In this document: piece after piece, positions 12,957-25,700 of the stretch
How positions within the stretch are numbered: the first letter of the stretch is position 1
How the letters are laid out: every line of letters starts with the position of its first letter
Assembly: GCA_052327205.1 (NCBI GenBank)
Contig: CM126222.1
Span: forward strand, 63,302,001 to 63,366,000
Length of the DNA: 64,000 nt
Direction of reading: 5' to 3'
DNA from: Somniosus microcephalus
Taxonomy: Eukaryota
The notes under the pieces: model-generated
Databases searched by the model: none
Told to the model about the DNA's origin: nothing
What the model saw: the letters and a program-made list of their open reading frames with translations, nothing else
Translations under genes and position numbers: made by a program

Positions 12957-13328
12957 CATGTATTCGAACATTTTACTTTTGAATATTGAATGTAAGATCT
13001 GCATTCCTAAATAAGTCCATTAGCACAGTCGACCTCTGCCCTGCACCTCGTGGTTCCTCATCTTGCCCCTTGCTCTGCTGTCCCATTATCCTTTTGTGTC
13101 CTCATCCAAATTGATTGGAGCATTGGCTACAGTGTCCTGTCAGGCAGCACCAATGAAGTGATAGCTGTTGACTGTTTAAACCAACGATGGCCATAATTGT
13201 TGAAGAATGAAGCCAGAGGATTGAATTGTTTAGGTTATAGCTTTAACATTTATATTCAAAGTCTTAAGGTTTCTTGTTTAGATTATCTTTATTTAACGCT
13301 TCTGTCTTCCATTATGTTTTACTTACAG

Positions 13329-13407
13329 GGCTGCAATCAGCAGAGACCCTTTTTATGAAATGCTGGCAGCAAGAAAGAAGAAAGTTTCCTCAACTAAAAA
13401 GCATTAA
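13329..13407 (+). CDS. CYTH1: Cytohesin-1 last coding exon, (K)AAISRDPFYEMLAARKKKVSSTKKH* (polybasic tail)
   Basis: ttttacttacag acceptor; phase matches the previous exon. The tail resembles CYTH1 (human ...AARKKKVSSTKRH) rather than CYTH2 or CYTH3. Confidence 0.95.
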
Positions 13408-14735
13408 GATGATGGCATTTCATGCAGCTTGAGTCAAATATCTTTCTAACATTGGCCATATGACCTAAGGAGGTCTGTTTTCAAGTGTCAATAACCACAG
13501 TGCATTCTGGGGCTGGCTATGTGCTTGTGCTGGAGAGAAGTGCTGAAAGTTAGAAGGCTCTTATGACCTTCTGTTGCCTGCTCCTCAACTAATGAGGAAA
13601 TAGTTTTTACTCAGCAATCTCTCAATATTTCCCTCTACACAGCTGGTCTGTTTGTGGAGTCCAGGGCCGCTACTTTACCTCCTCAAAGCTTTATATTTCT
13701 TATCAAGACTCTCTTGATTTAACATTTTTTGTTGCAAGGGGCCTATGATTCTATCAGCCATATACAAAGGACTGTCATCACTGAAAATCCATGTCAGCTC
13801 TCGTGAAATAAATAGAAAGCCATGGAAAACGGCCATCTCTGAAAGTTGGTGAGGTCAGAGTTTTAATGTTTCAAGTGCCAATGGAAAGCTTGATTGGTGT
13901 TGGGTACTGTGACTATGATTTATGATGTGTTGGGAAAATGGGGGTGTCCAATCAATCCAGTTTGATGGAGAGAGATGATGTGTGGTGACATGGAAATTGG
14001 AAAATGAAGACACTCCTGGAAAGAAGCCAGCCACATTATTACTGAGAATATTGTGCAAAAAGAATTGTCTGTCCATCAGATGATACATTTTGACTTAAAT
14101 TTTTAACTGAAGCTTTTTGTTTATAGATGTTTTACTTTTTCATGTTGTTTCCCATTTTTCAATGCACTGGTAGACAATTGCAGAAAAAAAGAGATGACTA
14201 AGCAGTATTAGTCTATTTATCAGAGCTGTATATACTTAATGTATAGATTTCCTTTTGGATTATTTTGTATTTGTTCAGTTGGTTTTAAGTTGTGATGATA
14301 AATTGGTGTCAGTAATTTTTCATCCTTTGCCATTCATACTTGTAATCTAGCACTGACAAACCAGATCAAATAAATCAAATTCTGTGTAACCAACATGGGG
14401 ATCTACTTAATGTACTTTTAACTGTTACATTGCTTAGAGTCCTGCAGAAAACATCTCTATCCTCATCAGCTGAATACCCAATTCCTGAGTCAGAGGGTTG
14501 ACATTTCTGTATTACTGTCAATGTGAAATTGTTTGTTTGGTTCTGTTATATGTAAACATTAAAAAGTTATTATTGTGTTACCAATTCACACATGATTTGT
14601 AAAATGAACCAAATGCTTCCCATAACAAATTGCAGTGTATATTTTTTTAAACCTAAAAATGTGATTTTGTTGAAGCTTATTGCAGATTTTTATTGCTCAC
14701 ATTGAGAATAAAATAATAGACACTGTTACGACCAG
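13408..14735 (+). other. CYTH1: Probable CYTH1 3'UTR with poly(A) signals ATTAAA (14558-14563) and AATAAA (14707-14712)
   Basis: AT-rich stretch with no recognisable TE after the stop codon; the cleavage site is inferred. Confidence 0.6.
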
Positions 14736-14935
14736 TTCAGAAATGGAAAATGTAGAAGTAAGGCATTTAACAGTTCTAAGAGTGATTTTTATTAATTCCA
14801 TTGGCAGGTCAGCTTTTTAAAAAAAAAAATGATTTAGAAATAATGAGAAAAACTTGTCAATAAGAGTTAGTTGCGGGGTTTAATTCCTAAGTGGGAAAAT
14901 AAGTACCACAGACTTGAACTATAATCTGGCTATTT

Positions 14936-15220
14936 CATCTAAATCTGCTTCCAGAAATTTGTTCTCCTTCACAGTCCTAATACTTGCAAATATTTTTGTA
15001 CCATTTTGGAACTTGTGGGCTGGCTGTTTTAGTTTGTGTTGTCTCTTCAGTTTTATACCTGGCTTGACATTTTGCACAGCGTTAGGGCCATTGATTTTTA
15101 CTATCTTCACAAATGACCCAGATATAAATGTTGTGGCCCACAAGTTCCAAGATGGTACAAAAATACTTGCAAGTATTAGGACTGTGAAGGAGAACAAATT
15201 TCTGGAAGCAGATTTAGATG
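14936..15220. repeat. Inverted repeat, 85-bp arms (14936-15020 and 15136-15220), 115-bp spacer
   Basis: Arms match at 83 of 85 positions by direct comparison. Confidence 0.92.
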
Positions 15221-16615
15221 CACTGGGGGAATGGGCCAAATTCTGACAAATGGTAGTTAACCTAGATAGCATTTGGGTAGAACCAGCACCAAGTATACTT
15301 ACACTTTATGTAGAACAGAACGGTTGAGAAAAAAGGGTCTTGGCATGATAGTTCATAATTCTCTAAAAGTTCATGAGAAGCCATAACCAAGCAAATAGGG
15401 TATTAAATTGTATTATAAAGACTATTCAATACAAAATATAGCACACCATTTGTCCTTGTATAAGACCTTAGTTAGACCACATTTAGAATACTGTTGCCAG
15501 GGCAGGAGAATTTTAGCTATGAGGAGAGATTGGATAGGCTGGGGTTGTTTTCTTTGAAACAGAGGAGGCTGAGGGGAGACTTGATTGAGGTGTATAAAAT
15601 TATGAGGGGCCTATATAGAGTGGATAGGAAGGACCTATTTCCCCTAGCAGAGAGGTCAATAACCAGGGGGCATAGATTTAAAGTAATTGGTCGAAGGATT
15701 AGAGGGGAGTTGAGGAAAACTTTTTCCACCCAGAGGGTGGTGGGGGTCTGGAACTCACTGCCTGAAAGGGTGGGAGAGGCAGAAACCCTCATCACATTTA
15801 AAAAGTACTTGGATATGCACTTGAAGTGCCGTAACCTACAAGACTACAGACCAAGAGCTGGAAAGTGGGATTAGGCTGGATAGCTCTTTCTCGGCAGGCA
15901 CAGACACGATTGGTCGAATGGCCTTCTGTGCCGTAAATTTCTATGATTTTATGATCTAGTTTTGATTCCCTCATATGGTGGGTGCTATAAAAGGCTTTGG
16001 AAAAGTTTCAGAGGTGAACTACAAGAATGATTCCAGCTTAAACAATCTTAGTTACTCAGATAGGCTTAAAAAGCTTGGTCTATTCATTTTAGAGATGTGT
16101 AGATTTTGGGGTGAATTGATAAAGATATATAAATTAGTTAAAGGACTAGATTGTGTTCCTATTGGTAACTATTTTAAATATGATAGATTGGAGCAGACCA
16201 GGGGTCATGTTGTATAAGTTATGTATGAGTAGGGCTAGGTTAGATGTTCTTCTTTTCCCAGAGGATAGTAGAACTATGGAACAAGTTGCTGGCTTGTAGG
16301 ACGAGTGCTGACTCTGCATACCTTCAAAAGAGAGCTGGACCAATTCCTGCAAAAGGTAGGTGAAATATCAGGTAATGTAAGCATGGTCAATGTGGTCTCC
16401 TAGACTAGTTTTGATTGTCTAAAGGGGTTGAGAGGAATTTTCCCTTTTTGGCTTTAGTTTTTATCTGTTATTTTTTGCCTTTCTTAAGAGATTAAATGGC
16501 TGTTGGTGAGCAGGAGTGTCTAAACATAATGATTCAGGCATCATGACTGTGGGGCAGGCTTGATGGACCAGATGGTCTTTTCCTGCCTGTCATTTGTGTA
16601 TGTTTATATGTTTGT
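15080..16615 (+). mobile_element. Old degenerate CR1 3' half, interrupted by a younger CR1 3' fragment (15494-15955)
   Basis: Old copy: LGPLIFTIFTND, LVRPHLEYC, YSDRLKKLGLF. Inserted copy: YEERLDRLGLFSLKQRRLRGDLIEVYK...WNSLP plus tail. Confidence 0.8.
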
Positions 16616-16729
16616 ATAATGCCCATTCTAAAAATAAAATTAAACCTGTTGTAGAATGGGGGATGCTGTAAGTTAGCACATTTTTCTTTCACTTCTGAGA
16701 TGGGTTTGACTAGGCTAGCCTAATGAGAT

Positions 16730-16845
16730 GAAAGCAAAAGACTGTGGATGCTGGAAATCTGAAATAAAAACAGAAAATGCTGGAAATACTCAGGTTAGGT
16801 AGCATCTGTAGAGAGAGAAACAGAGTTAACGTTTCAGTTTGATAA
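16730..16845 (-). mobile_element. Penelope terminal (pLTR) fragment
   Basis: Matches the 18275-18350 terminus (aaaacagaaaatgctggaaatactcag...gagagagaaacagagttaacgtttcag). Confidence 0.6.
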
Positions 16846-18274
16846 AGTTGAAGAACTGCACTTGGAGGCACAAGATAATTTCAATACTGTAGTTAAGGAT
16901 TCGAAAGTGAATGAACAAATGAAGAAACTGAATAAGTTGGAGAATCTTGTTGGTCATTCTTGAGGGTGCTAAGATGAGAGAATAGCTGCAGTGTCACTGC
17001 TGAAAATTTTAAACTTACCTGAAACAATGTTCTCCAGAACTTGCGTGGGTACCCTAAACACTGCAGCTTAAACTCAGGCTGGATAAGAGGCCCAGAGGAA
17101 TTATCCTGAAAACATGGAGGTTTCCAAAGTTAAGCTTCTGAAAATGTTAGGAAAAATGGGGAATTGTGCTTTGAGCATAACAAGTTAATACTTTTTCTGG
17201 CTCTCAGGTGATTTTCATCTCTCTACCACCCCAGTTTTCAGCATGAAATAGGCAGTAGTGAGACAAAAATAGTAAAAAATAAACTTACCTCTGATTTTCC
17301 GCCCAAGACCCACAAGATTTGATTTTACGAGCATGTCTTGATTTAGGTGGCCAGCGCTCCTGGCAGAAACGGGCAGTAGCCTCATTTTTTTTGCAAATTG
17401 GGAACCTATGATGTCTTTAGAACCTCAATGCCATTTTCATTGCCACCAGTGAAGCATCCAGTGGTAAACCCCGCCACTATTCATGGGCAGTACAGGCTGG
17501 GAAATGGCCAAGCCCAGAGTAGGTTAAAGGGATTACTGGAAGCAGGTCTGGGAATATTAATTAATTTATTTGGCAGTTCTGAGCCTGCAGGATTATTGGA
17601 GTTGCCTTCCATGCTCCTTCTGCAAAGTCCTCAGCCCCTTCTGCCCTCCCATCACCCCCTCATCAAATTGTCAAGCCATCCCCTTTAAACATTTGCTCCA
17701 CCGGATATTTCACCCTCCCTAAACGGCAAGCTGCCCATCAGTGCTCAAATCACATGGGCAGCTTGCCAATTATAATTAAATGAGGCCTCACCAACAAAAT
17801 AGTTCAGGCCTTTCACAGACATCGGGCAGTTGTTGCCCACTACCCACCCTATGTATGCCAAAACCAAAATCTGGGGCCAGAAATTAGTTTGCTTCTGTGA
17901 AGGAAATTCTATTCAATAAAGGAATCTGATATGGCATTTTATGCCTGGTGAGGTTTTTGGTGGCTGTGTAGGTTGGCTTGATGAAAGAGACAGAAGACTT
18001 ATCTTTGGAGTTGCTTGCGCTATTCAAAGCTGAACAAAAGGAGTTTGAGTTGTATTTATGAGCTTTACTTATGTGCAGTTATTTTGTAATTTTCCAGTCA
18101 TTGCTCAATTTATTCCTGCTGATCAATATCTTTATTTGACTTTAGAGGTAAATTTTCAGTGAGCATGGGTCAGGGATAGGGCTACAACATAAGGCTCTGT
18201 GTGAGTGCAGCTCACTGATAGGAGCATGGAATTAGCCCTTTATTAAAATATTGAGAGTTTGTTTTTTTCTATAA

Positions 18275-19800
18275 TAAAAACAGAAAATGTTGGAAATACT
18301 CAGCAAGTCAGGCAGCATCTGTGGAGAGAGAAACAGAATTAACGCTTCAGGTCGATGATCTTTCATCAGAACTGGAAAAAGTTAGAGATGTAACAGGTTT
18401 TAAGCAAGTGTAGGGGCAGACAAAGGAGGGGGAGGAGAGGAGCAAAAGAACAAAATGGAAGGTCTATGATAGGATGGAAGGCAGAAATGATTAAATGACA
18501 AAAGGGATGATGATGCAAGGCAAAAGGGAATGGTAATGAGACAATAAAAGAAACAAAGATAGGTCTAGAGGAACTGAAAATGACAAAAGCAGAATCATTA
18601 CCAGCAACTGCTGTCCAAAAAAATGGGAGCAGTGGTCATGATCTGAAATTGTTGAACTCAATGTGGAGTCTGGAAGGCTGTAAAGTGTCTAATTGAAAGA
18701 TGAGGTGCTGTTCCTTGAGCTTCATTAGAACAGTGTAGGAAGCTGAGTTCAGAGTGGGAGTGGGGCGGAGAATGAAAATGACAAGCGACCCGAAGCTTAG
18801 GGTCACGCTTGCAGACTGAAAGGAGATGTTCCGCAAAGTGATCGCCCAATCAATCTCCAGTTGGTGTCCCCAAAGTAGAGGAGACTGCATCGTGAGCAGT
18901 GAATACGGTATACTAAATTGAAAGAAATATAAGTAAATCATTGTTTCACCTGGAAGGAGTGGTTTGGAGTCCTGGATGGTGGGAAGGGAGGATGTAAAAG
19001 GGCAGGTGTTGCATCTCCTGCGCTTGCACGGGAAGGTGCCGTGGGATGGGGAGGGGGTGTTGGGGGCAATTGAAGAGTGGGCCAGGGTGTCAGGGAAGGA
19101 ATGGTCCCTTCAGAATGCTAAAATGGGAGAGGAGGGGAGTGGAAGATGTGTTTGTTGATGGCTTCACACTGGAGGTGGCGGAAATGGCATTGAATGTGGA
19201 GGCTAGTGAGGTGGAACGTGAGGACAAGGGGACCCCTATCATGGTCTGAGAGGGAGGGAGGGGAAGGGATAGGGATGAGAGCAGGAGTGCGGGAAATGGG
19301 ATGGACATGATCGAGGGTCCTGTCAACCACATGGAGGGGAATCCTTGGTTGAAGGAAAAGGAAGACATATTGGAAGCACTGGTATGGAAAGTGGCATCAT
19401 CAGAACAGATGTGGCGGAGACTGAGAAACTGAGAGAATGGAACAGAGTCCTTACAGGAAGCGGGATGAGAGAGAACGTTTAATCAAGGTAGCAGTGGGAA
19501 TCAGTGGGCTTATAGTAGATATTGATCGACAGCCTATCCCCAGAAATGGAGATCGGGAAGGGAAGAGTCGGAGGTGGACCATGTGAAGGCGAGGTAGGGA
19601 TAGAATTGGAAGCAAAGTTGATTAAATTTTCCAATTCGAGGTGAGAGCAGGAAACGCCACCGATACAGTCATCAGTGTACCAGAAAAAGTGAGGGAGGAG
19701 ACCGCAGTAGGACTGGAACAAAGACTGTTCCATGGCTCCCACACGGGTTCCCATAGCAACACCCTTTTATTTGGAGGTAGTGAGTAGTCAAAGGTGAAGT
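18275..19800 (-). mobile_element. Penelope-like element, 3' part (RT remnant, GIY-YIG endonuclease remnant, pLTR)
   Basis: Peptides GVAMGT, WYTDDCIG, IYYKPTDSHCYLD, HCSRCSLLYFGDT, DHFAEHLLSV, VACHF; frameshifted. Confidence 0.85.
18339..18375 (-). ncRNA. Minimal hammerhead-ribozyme motif in the Penelope pLTR, probably inactive
   Basis: Minus strand reads CTGATGA-aagatcatcgacct-GAAGC; the canonical GAAA is changed to GAAG. Penelope pLTRs are known to carry minimal hammerheads. Confidence 0.55.
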
Positions 19801-19803
19801 TTA

Positions 19804-22745
19804 GTGCAAACCCCACCATGGCAGCTGGGGAATTTAAATTCAGTTAATTCAATGAATCTTGAATTAAAAAGCTAGTACTGTATCAGTAATGATGACCATG
19901 AAACTATTGGATTGTTGTAAAAACCCATCTGGTTCACTAATCTCCTTTTAGGGAAGGAAATCAGCCATCCTTACCTGGTCTGGCCTATATGTGACTCCAG
20001 ACCCACAGCAATGTGGTTGACTTAACTGCCCTCTGAAATGGCCTAGCAAGCTACAGTAAACTCTTTCTTATCTGACACCTATGGACCAGGATGGTGCCGG
20101 TTGATGAAAAATTCTGGATAACAGAGAGGTATACCTACCAAGGCAATTTTTAACACACAAAAATAAAAAATCAAGAAATGTACTGTATAATTGGGTACTC
20201 ACCTACAGAATGTTCCATTAAATGTATGGTAGAATCGTCAAGATTACCGGTTTTTGAGGTGTTTTGTATTGAGATATATCTATTTTGCCAGTTATTAAAG
20301 TATTCCGGATGATAAAGTGCCGTTTAAACAAGAGTTTACTGTACTTAGTTGTAAAAAACCGCTACAAAAAGCAATAAGAATAAAACCGGATGGACCACCC
20401 GGCATTGATATCACGGCTATGGACACAACAATGGCACACCTAGCCCAGTCGATCCTGCAAAGTCCTCCTCACCAACATCTGGGGAGAGCTGTCCCACAGA
20501 CTAGTCAAGCAACAGCCTGACACAGTCATACTCACAGAATCATACCTTTCAGCCAAACTCCTCCATCACCATCCCTGGGTATGTCCAGGGCAGCGGCACA
20601 GTAGTATACAGTGAAGGGGTGGCCCAGGGAGTCCTCAACATTGACTCCGGACCCCATGAAGTCTCATGGCTTCAGGTCAAGCATAGGCAAAGAAACCTCC
20701 TGCTGATTACCACCTACTGCCCTCCCTCAGCTGATGAATCAGTACTCCTCCATGTTGAACATCACTGTGCACTGAGAGTAGCAAGGGCCCAGAATGTACT
20801 CTGGGTGGGGGACTTCAATGTCCATCACCAAGAGTGGCTCGGTAGTGCCACTACTGACCAAGCTGGCCGAGTCCTGAAGGATATAGCTGCCAGTCTGAGC
20901 CTGTGACAGGTGGTGAGAGAACCAACATGAGGGAAAAACCTACTTGACCTCGTCCTCACCAATCTACCTGTCGCACATGCATCTGCCCATGACAGCATTG
21001 GTAGCAGTGACCACTGCACAGTCATTGTGGAGACAACATCCCGTCTTCACACTGAGGACACCCTCCATTGTGTTGTGGGACCCTACCACTGTGCTAAATG
21101 GGATAGATTCAGAACAGATCTAGTAGCTCAAAACTGGGCATCCATGAGGCGCTGTGGGCGATCAGCAGCAGCAGAATTGTATTCCACCACAATCTGTAAC
21201 CTCATGGCTTGGCATATCCCTCACTCTACCATTACCATCAAGCCAGGGGACCAACCCTGGTTCAATAAGGAGTGTAGATGAGCATGCCACGAGCAGCATC
21301 AGGCATACCTAAAAATGCAGTGCTAACCTGGGGAAGCTGCAGCACAGGACTACATGCATGCTAAAAAGCAGAAGCAGCATGCTATAGACAGAGCTAAGTG
21401 ATTCCACAATCAACAGATCAGATCAAAGCTTTGCAGTCCTGCCACATCCAGTTGTGAATGGTGGTGGACCATTAAACAACTAACGGGAGGTGCAGAATGT
21501 CCCCATCCTCCATGATGGTGGAGCCCAGCAAGTGAGTGTAAAAGACAAAGCTGAAGCGTTTGCAACCATCTTCAGCCAGAAGCACCGTGTGGATAATCCA
21601 TATCGGCCTCCTCCTGAGGTCCCACCACCACAGAAGCCAATCTTCAGCCAATTCGATTCACTCCACGTGATATCAAGAAATGGCTGTGTGCACTGGATAC
21701 AGCAAAGGTTGTGGGCCCCAACAACATCCTGGCTGTCATGCTGAAGACTTGTGCTCCAGAACTAGCCATGCCTCTAGCCAAGCTGTTCCAATACAGCTAT
21801 AACACTGGCATCTATCCGACAATGTGGAAAACTGCCCAGGTATGTCCTGTCAGCAGAAAGCAGGACAAATCCAATCCGGCCAATTACCGCCCCATCAGTC
21901 TACTCTCAATCATCAGCAAAGTGATGGAAGGTGTTGTTGACAGTGCTATCAAGCAGCACTTACTCACCAATAACCTGCTCACTGATGATCAGTTTGGGTT
22001 CCATCGGGACCACTCAGCTCCAGACCTCATTGCAGCCTTGGTCCAAACATGGACAAAAGAGCTAAATTCCAGAGGTGAGGTGAAAATGACTGGCCTTGAC
22101 ATCAAGGCAGCATTTGACCGAGTGTGGCATCAAGGAGCCCTAGTAAAACCGAAGTCAATGGGAATCAGGGGGGAAAACTCTGGCTGGAGTCATACCTAGC
22201 ACAAAGGAAGATGGTTATGGTTGCTGGAGGTAAATCATCACAGCCCCAGGACATTGCTGCAGCTTCAGCGGCTTCATCAATGAGCTTCCCTCCATCATAA
22301 GGTCAGAAGTGGGGATGTTCGCTGATGACTGCACAGTGTTCAGTGCCATTCGCAACTCCTCAGATAATGAAGTAGTCCATGCCCGCATGCAGCAAGACCT
22401 GGACGACATTCAGGCTTGGGCTGATAAGTGGCAGGTAACATTCGCACCACACAAGTGCCAGGCAATGACTATCTCCAACAAGCGAGCATCTAACAAATGC
22501 CCCTGGACATTCAACGGCATTACCATCGCCAAATCTCCCACTATCAATATCTCGGGGGTCACCATTGACCAGAAACTTAACTGGATCAACCACATAAATA
22601 CTGTGGCAACAAGAGCAGGTCAGAGGCTGGGTATTGGCACCCCATCCACCACCTTAAACATTCACTCCCTCCATCACTGGCGTACCGTGGCTGCAGTGTA
22701 CCATCTACAAGATGCACTGCAGCAACTTGCCAAGGCTTCTTCGGC
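19804..22745 (+). mobile_element. Second LINE family (CR1/L2 group): tRNA/SINE-like 5' head leading into a degenerate EN-RT ORF; continues at 26017-26333
   Basis: Peptides QQPDTVILTESYL, WVGDFNVHH, GSSDH, KTCAPELAMPLAKLFQYSYNTG, ANYRPISLLS, MFADD. B-box-like gtgcaaacccc at 19804. Confidence 0.85.
20054..20341. mobile_element. pogo/Tigger-like MITE with TA TSD
   Basis: TA|CAGTAAACTCTT ... AAGAGTTTACTG|TA. Confidence 0.8.
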
Positions 22746-25700
22746 TTGTAGTCAGCAAAACTAGTAGGGAGCAGAAACAAAGGCCAACAGTCAAGAGGGT
22801 TAAAGTGCAGAAAAATATTAAACAGGCAAAGTTGAAGGCACTTTATCTAAATGCACGTAGCATTCACAACAAGGTGGATAAATGAATGGCACTAATAGAA
22901 GTAAATGGGTATGATGGAATTGCCATTACAGAGACATGGTTGCAGGGTAACCAAAGCTGGGAACTGAATGTTCCAGGGTACTCAACATTTAGGAAGGACA
23001 GACAAAAAGGAAAAGGAGGTGGCGTAGCGCTGTTAATAAGGGATGAAATCGGTACGGCAGAGATAAAAGATCTTGGCTTGGCAGATCGTGATGTAGAACT
23101 GGAATCAGTTTGGGTGGAACTAAGAAACAGCAAAGGGCAGAAAACATTGGTGGGAGTTGTGTATAGGCCACCAAACAGTAATGGTAATGTGGGGCACAGT
23201 ATCAATCAAGAGATTAGAAGGGAATGTAACAAGGGCAATATGGTAATCATGGGAGACTTTAATCTACATATTGACTGGACAAATCAAATTACCACTAATG
23301 GTGTGGAGGACAAATTCTTGGAATGCATGCGAGATGGTTTCCTGAATCAGTATGCGGAGGAACCAACCAGGGAACAGGCTATTCTGAATCTGGTACTGTG
23401 TAATGAGAAAGGGCTAATCAATAATTTTGTGGTAAAGGGGCCTTTAGGGACAAGTGACCATAATATGATTGAATTTTACATTAAGTTTGAGAGTGATGTA
23501 ATCCAATCTGAAACTAAGGTCTTCAATCTAAACTGAGGAAACTACAAGGGTATGAAGGACAAGTTGGCCATGGTAGATTGGTAGACTACACTAAAAGGTA
23601 TGAAGGTGGACATACAATGGCTAACATTCAAGGAAATAATGCATAATTTGCAACAAACATATCTTCCTCTAGGGCATAAAAACCCAAAAGGAAAAGTGAT
23701 CCAAACATGGCTAACAAAAGAAATTAAAGCAAGTATTAAGTAAAGGAGTAAGCTTATAAAGTTGCCAGAAAAAGCGGTCAGTCTGAGGATTGGGATCTTT
23801 TTAGAAATCAGCAAAGGGGGACCAAGAAATTGATAAAGAAAGGGAAAATGGAATATGAGCACAAACTAGCAAAAAATATAAAAACAGATTATAAAAGCTT
23901 CTATAGGTATGTGAAAAGGAAAAGTCTGGCGAAGCTAAATGTAGGTCCTTCACAGTCAGAGATGGGAGAATTTATAATGGGGAATGAGGAAATGGCAGAG
24001 AAATTAAATAAATACTTTGTTTCTGTCTTCACGGAGGAAGACACAAAAAACCTCCCAGAAATACGAGAAAACCCAAGGGTATAATGAGAATGAGGAACTT
24101 AAAGAAATTATTATTAGTAAAAAAACAGTACTAGCAAAATTAATGGGACCAGAAGTCGATAAATCCCAAGGACCGGATGACCTACATCCTAGGGTTTTGA
24201 AAGAGGTGGCCATTGGAATAGTGGACGCATTGGTTGTCATCTTCCAAAATTCTATAGATTCTGGAATGGTTCCTGCAGATTGGAGGATAGCAAATGTAAC
24301 CCTGCTATTTAAGAAAGGAGGGAGAGAAAATGGGAAACTGCAGACCTGTTAGCCTCACATCAGTAGTTGGGAAAATGCTGGAATCTATTATAACGGATGC
24401 AATAATTGGGCACTTAGAAACGAATAGTAAGATTGGGCAGAGTCAACATGGATTTATTAAAGGGAAATCCTGTTTGACAAACCTATTGGAGTTCTTTGAG
24501 GATGGAACTAGTGGAGTAGACAAAGGGGAAGCGGTAGATGTGGTGTATCTGGATTTTCAGAAGGCCTTCAATAAGGTCCCACACGAGGTTAGTGAACAAA
24601 ATTAGGGCACATGGAATTGGGGGTAATATACTAGCATGGATTGAGAATTGGTTAACACAGAAAACAAAGAGTAGGGATAAACAGGTCTTTTTCAGGATGG
24701 CAGGCTGTGACTAGTGGGGTACCGCAAGGATCGGTGCTTGGGCCCCAGCTATTCACAATCTACAGGAAACTCTCGATTTACTGGCACCCAAACAACCGTA
24801 AATCTCCGTTAACCGGCAGAATTCAGGAGTAGGTTCAGTTAAGTTTTTCTTCATATTAGTGGCCGTTTCTTGATTTTTGGCTGTGTAATCGGGTGTTTCT
24901 GCACTTGTTGCTAAGCAACAGAGACGCTTGGATTTGTTGCTGTGTACGGAGCTCTCATACCTTTTAACTATAACTCTCTGTAATCCGGACTTTTTGATAA
25001 ACCGGCACCACGCCGGTCCCGTCGGTGCCGGATAAAAAAGAGTTTCCTGTATATCAATGATTTGGATGAGGAGACTAGATGTAACATTTCCAAATTTGCT
25101 GATGATACAAAGCTAGGTGGTAGTGTCAGTTGCGAAGAGGATGTGAAGAGGCTTCAAGGGGATCTCGACAGGCTCAGTGAGTGGGCGAGAACATGGCAGA
25201 TGGAATATAATGTGGATAAATGTGAAGTTATCCACTTTGGTAGAAAAAACAGAAAGGCAGAGTATTTCCTGAATGTTGAAAGATTAGGGAATGCAGATGC
25301 TCAAAGGGATCTGGGTGTCCTTGTACATGAGTCACTTGAAGTGAATGTGCAGCAAGCCATTAGAAAGGCAAATGGTACGCTGGCCTTCATTACAAGAGGA
25401 TTTGAGTACAGGAGTAAAGAAGTCTTACTCCAATTATATAGGGCCTTGGTGAGACCACACCTGGAGTACTGTGTACAATTTTGGTCTCCTTACCTAAGGA
25501 AGGATATACTTGCCATAGAGGGAGTGCAACGAAGGTTCACGATTGATTCCTGGGATGGCGGGACTGTCGTATGAGAAGAGATTGAGTAAACTAGGTCTGT
25601 ATTCTCTTGAATTCAGAAGAATGAGAGGGGATCTCATTGAAGCATACAAAATTATTACAGGGCTTGATAGGATGGATACTGGGAGAATGTTTCCCTTGGC

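Noticed and set aside
17205-17880. Possible old non-autonomous Harbinger
   Set aside because: Only one weak TIR-like end (aaaatctggggcc); boundaries cannot be supported.
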